Positions 56,144 through 64,000 of a DNA stretch of 64,000 nucleotides are shown here, piece by piece. How positions within the stretch are numbered: position 1 is the first letter of the stretch; every line of letters begins with the position of its first letter. Source of the stretch: a virus. Lineage: Duplodnaviria > Caudoviricetes. Location of the stretch: IMG/VR virus record IMGVR_UViG_3300033066_001054, one strand, 5' to 3'. Both the position numbers and the translations under genes were made by a program. A model generated the notes under the pieces. That model was not told the DNA's origin. It saw only the letters and a program-made list of their open reading frames with translations, and searched no databases.

Positions 56144-56719
56144 CTATTTGTTGTTGCGATATTCTTCGTATGGATGGCGCATTCGCCTAATGGCAATCTC
56201 CACTCTTGGGTTTTCAGGACATTTACCGCCGAACCAATGGTGGTCAAGTTCGTTGTGCCAGTGAATGAACTTGTCATTCAATATCACCCCCCAGAACTGT
56301 AGCACGTCACCAATGGCCTGCAAGTACCCCGCGTGGTCGCCAACCTGCCATGTATCCGTGTATACTCGCACATTGATTGCAACACCAAAGTCAATGGGTG
56401 TTTTACCAATCAGTTCCCAGGCTTCTCTGCATTCTCTTTCTGCGCACTTTTCAAAGTATGCATACTGCGGACTGGGTAAAACCCGAGGCATTCCGCCCTT
56501 AAACACGGCTTGCTGGTGCGTCTTTTTTGTGACTGGTTTGTAGTTGATTGTGAACTGACACAGTAGTTCGCCGTCAGGTTTGGTTTCATCTTCTGTAACA
56601 ACACGCGGCGCAGAAGCAACTTCTGCCTCATACTGTTTCATGAATTCTTTTTGCTTTGTGGTTCCGCGCCTGAGACTCCAGTCTTTGTGTGGCACCGGCC
56701 GCTGTATTTTTTTAGCCAT
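56144..56719 (-). CDS. RusA-like Holliday junction resolvase
   Basis: KPVTKK, GD..GYLQAIGDVL...VILND, NPRVEI. Confidence 0.6.
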   Translation of the reverse strand: MAKKIQRPVPHKDWSLRRGTTKQKEFMKQYEAEVASAPRVVTEDETKPDGELLCQFTINYKPVTKKTHQQAVFKGGMPRVLPSPQYAYFEKCAERECREAWELIGKTPIDFGVAINVRVYTDTWQVGDHAGYLQAIGDVLQFWGVILNDKFIHWHNELDHHWFGGKCPENPRVEIAIRRMRHPYEEYRNNK

Positions 56720-56735
56720 GTTTGGCTTTGTACAG

Positions 56736-57722
56736 TTATGGTCTGCGGTCTTCGTCTGTTACCAGTGTGCTTGAATTCAAGAACGCCTCAAACGAAACCG
56801 TTGCAGTCGTAAGTGCGCCTGCACTCATCGAGCGGTTTAGGTTGTTTGACACGTATGCACGACCAAAGCGGATAATGTCCCAGTTAGAGCTGTTTCCTAC
56901 TTTGATTTCAAATTGCTTGGCGCGATATGTCTGACTTGCCTTGACTGCGTTGAGAACCCCAGCGGATTGCTTGGGCATAAATCCGCGACCGCTGGTCGAG
57001 GTTAAAAATGCCTCAAACTGCGTAGGAGCAATCAAGAAGGTTATGGTTCCAGAACAGCTATATCCAGAAATTCCGAAGTATGGATACTGGTCGGTGCCAA
57101 TCAGATAGTTTTGATTGATTACCGGCTTGAAGTTGACATCCATGTTGGTAACCTGAAAATCCCCAGAAAAATAGTTCGCAGAGATGTGCAATGTGACATC
57201 ATAATGCCTGGCTGTACGTGCTGCATAGGATACATCGCCCGCTACATAGTCTGGAATGAAAGCGCCTCTGCTGTCTGAGATAAAACTCATTGAAACATTG
57301 ACGCCCTGGTCGTTCATTTTGATTCCGCCAGAATCTAGTAAGTACAACGGTGCGTTGGATGGCGGTATAGGTGACCCTAACAATCCCGAGTTGCTTGCGG
57401 CGATTGGTGTCTGTATGGTGCGCATGGCATACGCGAGCAGTCCAAAAGCGGACTCAACTTTCATGTTGTTTGAGTTGTTCTCGTCGCTGCAGTTGCCTAT
57501 TGGGTTTTCAATGATGAGTACTGGACTGGACACAGTGTATTTCCAATACATGCCACCGATGTCCATAACCCTCACACCAATATCACCTTGAATTAGTGGT
57601 TTTGGTGATGCACTTTGAACCTGGTCCTCTGCCCAAGACTCGAAAATATACGCGATGCTTGGATTCAAAACATTGCGTAGAATATACCAATTTGATATGT
57701 ATTCTGAAGGTAATACGGGCAT
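56736..57722 (-). CDS. hypothetical protein, possibly tail-tube-like
   Basis: Beta-rich, S/G/N-rich composition; SGTITF; no firm motif. Confidence 0.4.
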   Translation of the reverse strand: MPVLPSEYISNWYILRNVLNPSIAYIFESWAEDQVQSASPKPLIQGDIGVRVMDIGGMYWKYTVSSPVLIIENPIGNCSDENNSNNMKVESAFGLLAYAMRTIQTPIAASNSGLLGSPIPPSNAPLYLLDSGGIKMNDQGVNVSMSFISDSRGAFIPDYVAGDVSYAARTARHYDVTLHISANYFSGDFQVTNMDVNFKPVINQNYLIGTDQYPYFGISGYSCSGTITFLIAPTQFEAFLTSTSGRGFMPKQSAGVLNAVKASQTYRAKQFEIKVGNSSNWDIIRFGRAYVSNNLNRSMSAGALTTATVSFEAFLNSSTLVTDEDRRP

Positions 57723-57779
57723 GGCTTAGCTCAATCGTTCGAATATCTTGTACAAGTCGATTGTCGGAGAAACAAAAAA

Positions 57780-58553
57780 ATGGACATGACTTATAACAAC
57801 CTACGCGGTATTGAGCAATTTAAGAACAAATTGGCTTCGTCACTGCAAAAGCGTAATCTTTCTAAAATCGACATTGACAAATGCATTTCAAAAGCTGTTG
57901 ACTTGTTTGGAGACAAAATTGGTGTAATGCCAGTCGGCGGTGTCATTTCAGCCGTTGCTGCGGTTTCTGCAATTGAAAAGCACCTAAATGACAATCCAGC
58001 ACACGATATTTTGGATGCTATCGGCTCATTCAGTATTGACGAAGCAACGGCGGCGTCAGCACCATCTGGTTCTTTGCGATTGGCGCTAGACGATGTTAGA
58101 GGCGAAGGAAAAATGGATGACGCTGAGCTGGACGATACAGCACAAGAAATTCACGAGTCTGTTGAAGACAGTGATAATCTAATCACTGTTATGGCCTACG
58201 ATGAACACGGTCGACCGCTCAAGGAATTCCAGGTAAGTAGCATTGACATGATTGATTACATGGAAGAAGAAGACCTGACCGATGAAGGCAGAAGAAGCCG
58301 AGGATTCTTACCGGCTGACTTTGATTCTACAGATGTTTTGTCTGCAACACCGGCGACAAGCGAGGGCAAGACTCGAAATATTGGCAACTACGGACATGAA
58401 ACAGACGGCAGTATTTACATTCAGTGCCCAGGTTGCTCTAGTAAAGATGTGATTCCGGTCGGCGCAGGAACATACATGTGTCTGACATGTGAGCCGTCAA
58501 ACATTTTTGACGTTGATTTGTTGCTTGACGACATCAACCCAGAGATGAACTAA
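57780..58553 (+). CDS. acidic hypothetical protein with C-terminal zinc ribbon
   Basis: CPGC...CLTC. Confidence 0.65.
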   Translation: MDMTYNNLRGIEQFKNKLASSLQKRNLSKIDIDKCISKAVDLFGDKIGVMPVGGVISAVAAVSAIEKHLNDNPAHDILDAIGSFSIDEATAASAPSGSLRLALDDVRGEGKMDDAELDDTAQEIHESVEDSDNLITVMAYDEHGRPLKEFQVSSIDMIDYMEEEDLTDEGRRSRGFLPADFDSTDVLSATPATSEGKTRNIGNYGHETDGSIYIQCPGCSSKDVIPVGAGTYMCLTCEPSNIFDVDLLLDDINPEMN

Positions 58554-58894
58554 TCTTCAACAATTGCCCTGTATACCCAGTCTGTGGTATGGGCTTCGAC
58601 CTTGTCCATCCTCGAGCATAATTTCTCGAGCATGGACAAGATTTCAGATTGCTGTGCCTTGATTTCTTTAAGATGTCTGCTGGTTGATTCAAACATCGCG
58701 GCAAGAACAAAAATTGCGTCATTGATATCGCCATTGGAGCTGCTTGCTTTTTCTACGATATTTTGTAGTTCTTCGGCTTTCACGAACCTGATTATACACT
58801 TAGTGACACAGACTTGTACCAGTCCAAATACGAATCTGGTATTCCATGTAGCTGAGTACCATATGAGTAGTGAACTGCCAATGCCGTGCCACAA
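58550..58894 (-). CDS. hypothetical protein (true start probably downstream)
   Basis: Coiled-coil-like C-terminal part. Confidence 0.4.
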   Translation of the reverse strand: MWHGIGSSLLIWYSATWNTRFVFGLVQVCVTKCIIRFVKAEELQNIVEKASSSNGDINDAIFVLAAMFESTSRHLKEIKAQQSEILSMLEKLCSRMDKVEAHTTDWVYRAIVED

Positions 58895-59598
58895 ATCGCT
58901 TTGGTCATTTGTTTAACTTCTGGCAGTCTGACAGACATTTCTAGTTCCTCGTTTTTGTTGACAAAATCACGACCATCCTGGTACATGTCTTTGCCAAACC
59001 ACGAAATCAGATTGATGCAAATTCTGGTATTTTGCCAATCAATCCATTGGTCAAAATGGTATTTGTCTAGTCTACAGTCTTCTTTGTGTTTTCTAAAACA
59101 GTCATGCGCTTCGCATGCGACATCTGGATTAGCCATAGCGTCTCCGCATGATGATTCGTATGTTAGTGATGCCGAATTGCGCGACATTACACCCATCGCC
59201 TGGTGCAAATATGAACATATGTTGTTGTTCACGATGTTGGCATATACCAGAAAATGTTCTGGATTGTCAATTCTGAACTGCACCAATTTTGATAGACAAT
59301 CATGTGCCATCCAACATATATCATCGTCTATGCGTACATATAGCACGTCTGGGTCACAACAAAACCTCATGAAGTGTCTTATGCTTCCTGAACCCTCGAT
59401 GCCGCCACAGGGCAGCGGTTGAACACTAAACTTGTCACTGTGTTCGTTGGCGAACTTGTGCATGAACTCAATGTCTGCTGGGTTGTTGGTGTTTTCCCAT
59501 ATCTCGAATTCATCAATTCCGTCTTGTTGCAACAAATATGGGAACAGAATCTTCATAAACCGGGTTCTGCCAGCCGGTATGACACCTACAACTTTCAT
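58792..59598 (-). CDS. glycosyltransferase (GT-A-like)
   Basis: VIPAGR, YVRIDDDI. Confidence 0.7.
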   Translation of the reverse strand: MKVVGVIPAGRTRFMKILFPYLLQQDGIDEFEIWENTNNPADIEFMHKFANEHSDKFSVQPLPCGGIEGSGSIRHFMRFCCDPDVLYVRIDDDICWMAHDCLSKLVQFRIDNPEHFLVYANIVNNNICSYLHQAMGVMSRNSASLTYESSCGDAMANPDVACEAHDCFRKHKEDCRLDKYHFDQWIDWQNTRICINLISWFGKDMYQDGRDFVNKNEELEMSVRLPEVKQMTKAICGTALAVHYSYGTQLHGIPDSYLDWYKSVSLSV

Positions 59599-59613
59599 GT
59601 TGTATTATGCCAA

Positions 59614-59934
59614 TTATTGTTCGATGTCTAGGTTGAGCGGATTGTTTGAGTGCATCATCAAAGATTGATTTTGCATTGTGTCAAAGTTGGCTATGGCACC
59701 TTGTAATCCGTTGTTCTTTGGTTGAGAACTCGATGTTTGTGCTTGTTGCATTTGCTGAATCTGCGCGGCCAAGTTGGCAATACGGCGATAGATGTCTTGA
59801 ATATACTGTTGTGTGGTCAGTCCAACAGGCGCTACCTGCGACATCCTGACCATGCGTAGGTCGATATCGTCCACTTCTTTTGACAGGCCGTATTTGTCTG
59901 CCAGTTGCGCTATTCGATAGTATACTTCTAACAA
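59614..59934 (-). CDS. hypothetical protein
   Basis: Q-rich helical ORF. Confidence 0.6.
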   Translation of the reverse strand: MLEVYYRIAQLADKYGLSKEVDDIDLRMVRMSQVAPVGLTTQQYIQDIYRRIANLAAQIQQMQQAQTSSSQPKNNGLQGAIANFDTMQNQSLMMHSNNPLNLDIEQ

Positions 59935-60110
59935 CGTCTCACCTGAATTCTGGCATGATTATTTTGTAGTTCGAGGTTCGGTGCATGAATAATGTGTTCG
60001 ATGATTTTGCTCAAATGCTCCCTGGCATCAATATTCTCAACTGGAATCTTGGATTTCAGCAAGTATAACTCCTCTACGAGTGAGTCTCTGTCAACTTTAA
60101 CTAATGTCAT
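59928..60110 (-). CDS. small hypothetical protein
   Basis: AGGA SD before MTLVKVD. Confidence 0.45.
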   Translation of the reverse strand: MTLVKVDRDSLVEELYLLKSKIPVENIDAREHLSKIIEHIIHAPNLELQNNHARIQVRRC

Positions 60111-60131
60111 GTCCGTTCCTAGTGTTGTATT

Positions 60132-60761
60132 ATGAGTGAAGATTTCGAAGACCTTGATATACCAGCAACGGGCGCAATCATTCTCAATGGTGCCGGCGCA
60201 GTGCGTTCTTATGGCAAAACAGTACATGCTTGGATTGCCAGAATGCCATATGTCAATGATGGCGGCATTGTTTTTGACAATGGTGTTGCAACTAAAATCA
60301 GCGTGTCAATGAACGCGCCGTTGTATATCGAAGACGAGGTTATGGGCCGCATTATCAACGGTTCGCGCTCTAGCGATGGTCATTACGTTGTGCGTTCAGA
60401 GGCAGAGCAACTGCCAAAATGGATGCTCAGAAATGATTGTGGATATGCGTTGCCAGAATATGAGCCAAAAACCCTCAAGTGCTCTCGGTGTGGAATCGTT
60501 CACCGGCGTCATTCCACGCCTTGTGAGTGCATATTTTTGGCTCCAGCTTTGATTTTAAGTGATATTTGGGTTGTTGGACTGCGAATTTACAAGCGCAGAT
60601 GCGATGATTATATCAAGGCAGAGCGTGAGCGATTGTTAGACTGGATGTTTGCACCAGTAATGCCTACAACGCCGCATTTCATGCCAGAGTGTAAGAAGAA
60701 TGCAAGAACAACCGAGATATCTGAAGAAAGTACAGATACGGAACTTCCAGAGCCATCGTGA
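60132..60761 (+). CDS. hypothetical protein
   Basis: ORF heading the recombination cluster. Confidence 0.55.
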   Translation: MSEDFEDLDIPATGAIILNGAGAVRSYGKTVHAWIARMPYVNDGGIVFDNGVATKISVSMNAPLYIEDEVMGRIINGSRSSDGHYVVRSEAEQLPKWMLRNDCGYALPEYEPKTLKCSRCGIVHRRHSTPCECIFLAPALILSDIWVVGLRIYKRRCDDYIKAERERLLDWMFAPVMPTTPHFMPECKKNARTTEISEESTDTELPEPS

Positions 60762-61860
60762 CACCGAGGTACACCTTGTGCCCGGTATCAATCTCATTGT
60801 CGGCACAAGCGACATTGGTAAGTCTGCGTTTATGCGTGCTTTGAACCTAGCAATGCACAACGAGATACCAAATAGAGAGTTTGTTACCTATGGCGAAAAG
60901 GACGCAACTGTTATTCTAGAGTTTAGCGACGGTACAGTGGTGGAACGCGTCAAAGGTTCTACCAAGAATGCGTATTACGCCACGTTGCCAGACGGAACAC
61001 GAATTGAAAAAGAAAAGCTGGGAAATACCGCAAACATACCCGAGGAAATCTATAAAGCACTTGGTTCGCCACCAATTGACAAAAAACACGGACCGCTCGC
61101 TTACGCAGACCAACACAGTCCTCTTTTCCTTGTGTCTTTGACCCCCACCGAACTACCACGTTGTATCAGCGAACTAACCGGACTTGATGACTACGAAACC
61201 GCAGCATTAGACCTGGCCAAGAACGCACGAAGATTTGACCGCAAAGTAAAAGAGGTCAAGGAAAGAATTACCTCAATTGAAGCCGAACTAGAGCAATATC
61301 AAGGTCTTGATGCAGAGATACAAGCATATGATGAAATGGCCAAGATGATTGAAGAGGCCGAAGCAGCGCGTATTGAAGCAGAAGATGCCGAGAATCGGTT
61401 GCAAGAATACAATTTGATTCTCGAACAAGGGCGTCAAATCATTGCAGACATCAATGAGGCAAAGAAGATTCTGGTCGTTGAACCAGAGTTTAATTCAGCC
61501 AAAGCTCTCGAGATTGAGATTGACAACATGCTTGAGGCGTTGTCGGAATACAATGACATCGGAGAGCAGATTGACCAACTTGGTGCCGAAATATCGAACA
61601 CTGGAAAGATACTTGAATCCGGGTTACAGGCACTGATTGACGAAGCACAAGACGTAGGCATATTCTTGACCAATGCCAGAAAGGTTTTGAATGAATACAA
61701 CAATGTTTTGGCAGAGGGTTCTAGAACCAAAACAGAAATCTCGGAGGCCGAAGATGAACTGGCACGCCTTGTCAATGAACAAGAACAGATGATTGAGAAG
61801 TTTGCCGCGGCCGGGCTGTTGTGCCCCGAGTGTAAGCAACCACTAGCAGGTGTAGCATGA
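60700..61860 (+). CDS. SbcC/Rad50/gp46-like ATPase, N-terminal half
   Basis: IRNFQSH, Walker A GTSDIGKS, coiled coil ending in CPEC zinc hook. Confidence 0.85.
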   Translation: MQEQPRYLKKVQIRNFQSHRDTEVHLVPGINLIVGTSDIGKSAFMRALNLAMHNEIPNREFVTYGEKDATVILEFSDGTVVERVKGSTKNAYYATLPDGTRIEKEKLGNTANIPEEIYKALGSPPIDKKHGPLAYADQHSPLFLVSLTPTELPRCISELTGLDDYETAALDLAKNARRFDRKVKEVKERITSIEAELEQYQGLDAEIQAYDEMAKMIEEAEAARIEAEDAENRLQEYNLILEQGRQIIADINEAKKILVVEPEFNSAKALEIEIDNMLEALSEYNDIGEQIDQLGAEISNTGKILESGLQALIDEAQDVGIFLTNARKVLNEYNNVLAEGSRTKTEISEAEDELARLVNEQEQMIEKFAAAGLLCPECKQPLAGVA

Positions 61861-62825
61861 GTAAGATAATTCGAGGCATGGTCGTTGGAGACTTACACAA
61901 TGACAACAGGCAACCGAAAATGCGCAAAGACGATTACTGTCTGGCGTGTTTGGAAGAGTTGAACGAAATCATTGATATCGGAGAGCAGAACAAGGTTGAC
62001 TACATTCTGTTTTTGGGCGATATATTCCATCGTATGGACCCGTCTGGTTCATGTCGCAATGGTGTAATTAAGGCACTGCAGCGAAGCACAAGGCGAAAGT
62101 TGATTGTTGTGGGCAACCATGATATCAGCAACAGTTTCTCAAACTTGATGCAGAGTGCGCTTGGCACATTGATTATCGACGGTCATCTGGAGTTTCAGGA
62201 ATACTTCCCAGAATTCGGACTCGGTATGTTGCACTACAAAGAAGGCATCCATCAGCAAATCTACGATGGTGCTGCCACAAAGCACCCCGCACTTATCTGG
62301 GCCGCACATGCATACATTGTCCCAAGTCAGTTCTTTGATGCGGAGCATGTTATCTTTGATGATATGCCACTGAATCCCGAGTGCAAACTGGTCACGGTTG
62401 GGCACCTGCACACACCTATGGAACTACAGAGAGACGACAAGGTCAATCTGATTAACCCAGGAAGCATTGGTAGACCAAAAGCGAGCGCGGAACACCTTGG
62501 ACGACAACCCAGTGTGCTGTTGCTCAAATACACTCTTGAAGGAAACGGAGATGACTTACAACATAAGTATGTGGAACTGTCATGCTCTAGGCCACCCGAA
62601 GAAATCTTTTACTTAGAAGAGGCCAAAGAACAGCGTGTGAACAAAAAGCGTGCGAAGGAGTTCGTCCGCCAAGTAGCCCAGCTTAGCGCATGGACACAGG
62701 GTGAAGACAAATATCTTTCTTTGCGCAATAGCGGTAAACAGAAAGAGGTTCCAGATGAGATAATTGATATTGCCGAGGCCGCTTTACGCGCAGCCAATGA
62801 AGGGCACGCAATGATTAACGACTGA
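61857..62825 (+). CDS. SbcD/Mre11/gp47-like metallophosphoesterase nuclease
   Basis: GDLH, GDIFH, GNHD, GHLH, NPGS. Confidence 0.85.
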   Translation: MSKIIRGMVVGDLHNDNRQPKMRKDDYCLACLEELNEIIDIGEQNKVDYILFLGDIFHRMDPSGSCRNGVIKALQRSTRRKLIVVGNHDISNSFSNLMQSALGTLIIDGHLEFQEYFPEFGLGMLHYKEGIHQQIYDGAATKHPALIWAAHAYIVPSQFFDAEHVIFDDMPLNPECKLVTVGHLHTPMELQRDDKVNLINPGSIGRPKASAEHLGRQPSVLLLKYTLEGNGDDLQHKYVELSCSRPPEEIFYLEEAKEQRVNKKRAKEFVRQVAQLSAWTQGEDKYLSLRNSGKQKEVPDEIIDIAEAALRAANEGHAMIND

Positions 62826-62833
62826 GGTTACAA

Positions 62834-63130
62834 ATGAACGAATCAGAAATTCAACAATTCGAAGAATGCAAATCGACACTAGACGCACTTGAGAAATCCA
62901 TAGGCAAGGCGCAGACAACTGTGGCTGTCTTGACCAAGCAAATGGACACACTGAAGGCAAGACGCAAGCAAATAGAAGAATCGTGTGCCAACGACCTTGG
63001 TGTACCAATCAAGGAACTACAGAACACGGTTGCCGAGAAATTCGAGAGCTATGTGAACCTCACAAAGCAAGCGTCAGAAATGTTTGAGCAAATCAACCAA
63101 GAACAGGACCTGGATGGAAAATCTAACTAA
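62834..63130 (+). CDS. coiled-coil protein
   Basis: Heptad pattern; GAGG SD. Confidence 0.7.
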   Translation: MNESEIQQFEECKSTLDALEKSIGKAQTTVAVLTKQMDTLKARRKQIEESCANDLGVPIKELQNTVAEKFESYVNLTKQASEMFEQINQEQDLDGKSN

Positions 63131-63836
63131 AGACATTGCACGCAAGGTTGACTCTTGGGGCAAGCGTTTGGCCGAGCGAAAGGGCGCACGAGACCAGTTG
63201 GTTCGCAACCTAGAGCGCGAACAAACTGAGCAAAATACTCTGATTGAAGACCAGCAGAAGTACAAAAAAGCCCATACGTTCATGATGTCTGAATTGAGCG
63301 AGAGAAGAGCCCTGGCAATCTCGAGTATTGAAGAGATTGCCACCAGTGGCTTGCGCATGGTGTACGACAACAGCTACGGACTTAAGTTTGACACCTTTGA
63401 CGAGAAGCGGTCTGAAGAAGGAATTGCAACGTACAAAATGGAGATTCGCGTGAATGGCATATTTGATGGACAGGAGCGCAGCTTTATTCTCCAGGGTGGC
63501 AAAGGTGGCGGTCTGCATGACGGTATCGCGTTGATTTTGAGAGACGCGTCTTTGACTTGGAAACGATACAATGGATTTATGATGTTTGATGAGGCGTATA
63601 AGTTCATGAGTAGAGATGACAAGATTGAAAACGTTGCTTCATTGTTGAGACAAACAGCAGACCTGAACAATCGACAGTACATCTTTTCGACTCATATGCA
63701 GGATTCATTTGCGCCTGTTGCCGACAACATCATCCGTTTTTCACAACAAGACGGAATCGTTAAATGCGAGTATCTTTCACCGCACGACATTGTAGAAATA
63801 GAGGAAGAATATGGCAACGAAGAAGACGATGAGTGA
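63114..63836 (+). CDS. SbcC/Rad50-like ATPase, C-terminal half
   Basis: Coiled coil, signature-like GGKGGG, Walker B MMFDEA, STH. Confidence 0.75.
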   Translation: MENLTKDIARKVDSWGKRLAERKGARDQLVRNLEREQTEQNTLIEDQQKYKKAHTFMMSELSERRALAISSIEEIATSGLRMVYDNSYGLKFDTFDEKRSEEGIATYKMEIRVNGIFDGQERSFILQGGKGGGLHDGIALILRDASLTWKRYNGFMMFDEAYKFMSRDDKIENVASLLRQTADLNNRQYIFSTHMQDSFAPVADNIIRFSQQDGIVKCEYLSPHDIVEIEEEYGNEEDDE

Positions 63837-64000
63837 AGACGAAAAAGTGTTGCACGCACTAGTTGATGAAATCATGACAATGCCAATACCACCACCCACT
63901 TCACTTAGCAACCCACTAGCAAACAACAAGCGCAAGGTCAAAATGTCCGAACACGGCACCATTTCAAGACCTGACAATATCGAAGACTGGAATGTCCGTC
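63829..64000 (+). CDS. hypothetical protein, 3'-truncated
   Basis: ATG overlapping the upstream stop; open to the window end. Confidence 0.45.
   Translation, partial: MSEDEKVLHALVDEIMTMPIPPPTSLSNPLANNKRKVKMSEHGTISRPDNIEDWNVR

Noticed and set aside
1-64000. tRNA or rRNA genes
   Set aside because: I recognised no cloverleaf with a T-loop and acceptor stem, and no rRNA-like segment. A tRNAscan-SE run would be needed to be certain.

Overview
This window reads as part of a large (jumbo-type) bacteriophage genome with two very different halves. (1) 1-19.6 kb is a GC-richer, strictly + strand array of about 60 small, mostly unknown ORFs, typical of an early or host-takeover region. It carries 46 copies (hand count) of a 12-bp motif, NCGGYCCCGGAR. 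In 40 copies an ATG/GTG start lies exactly 38-39 nt after the first motif base, across unrelated spacers. In 5 more, the +38/39 position begins a short SD-containing leader. The best reading is a phage-specific promoter class driving leaderless mRNAs, often fused with the upstream gene's terminator hairpin. I do not recognise this architecture from known systems. (2) After a structured/A-tract junction (19.6-20.6 kb), the AT-richer right arm has: a run of unrelated proteins sharing a C-terminal S-[VI]-[LI]-D-x-[IM]-L-[ED] tag; an ART-like domain fused to a SNF2 helicase; MoxR/vWA; NUDIX; an HDAC-family deacetylase; rtcB split by an intact-looking group II intron; metabolic genes (folD, prs, speD, pncA-like, nadE, ugd); a TerY-like vWA/PP2C/kinase triad; a C5 methyltransferase; Fic; a RusA-like resolvase; several HNH/EndoVII endonucleases; and a split SbcC around SbcD. 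All family calls come from motif recognition, not database searches.
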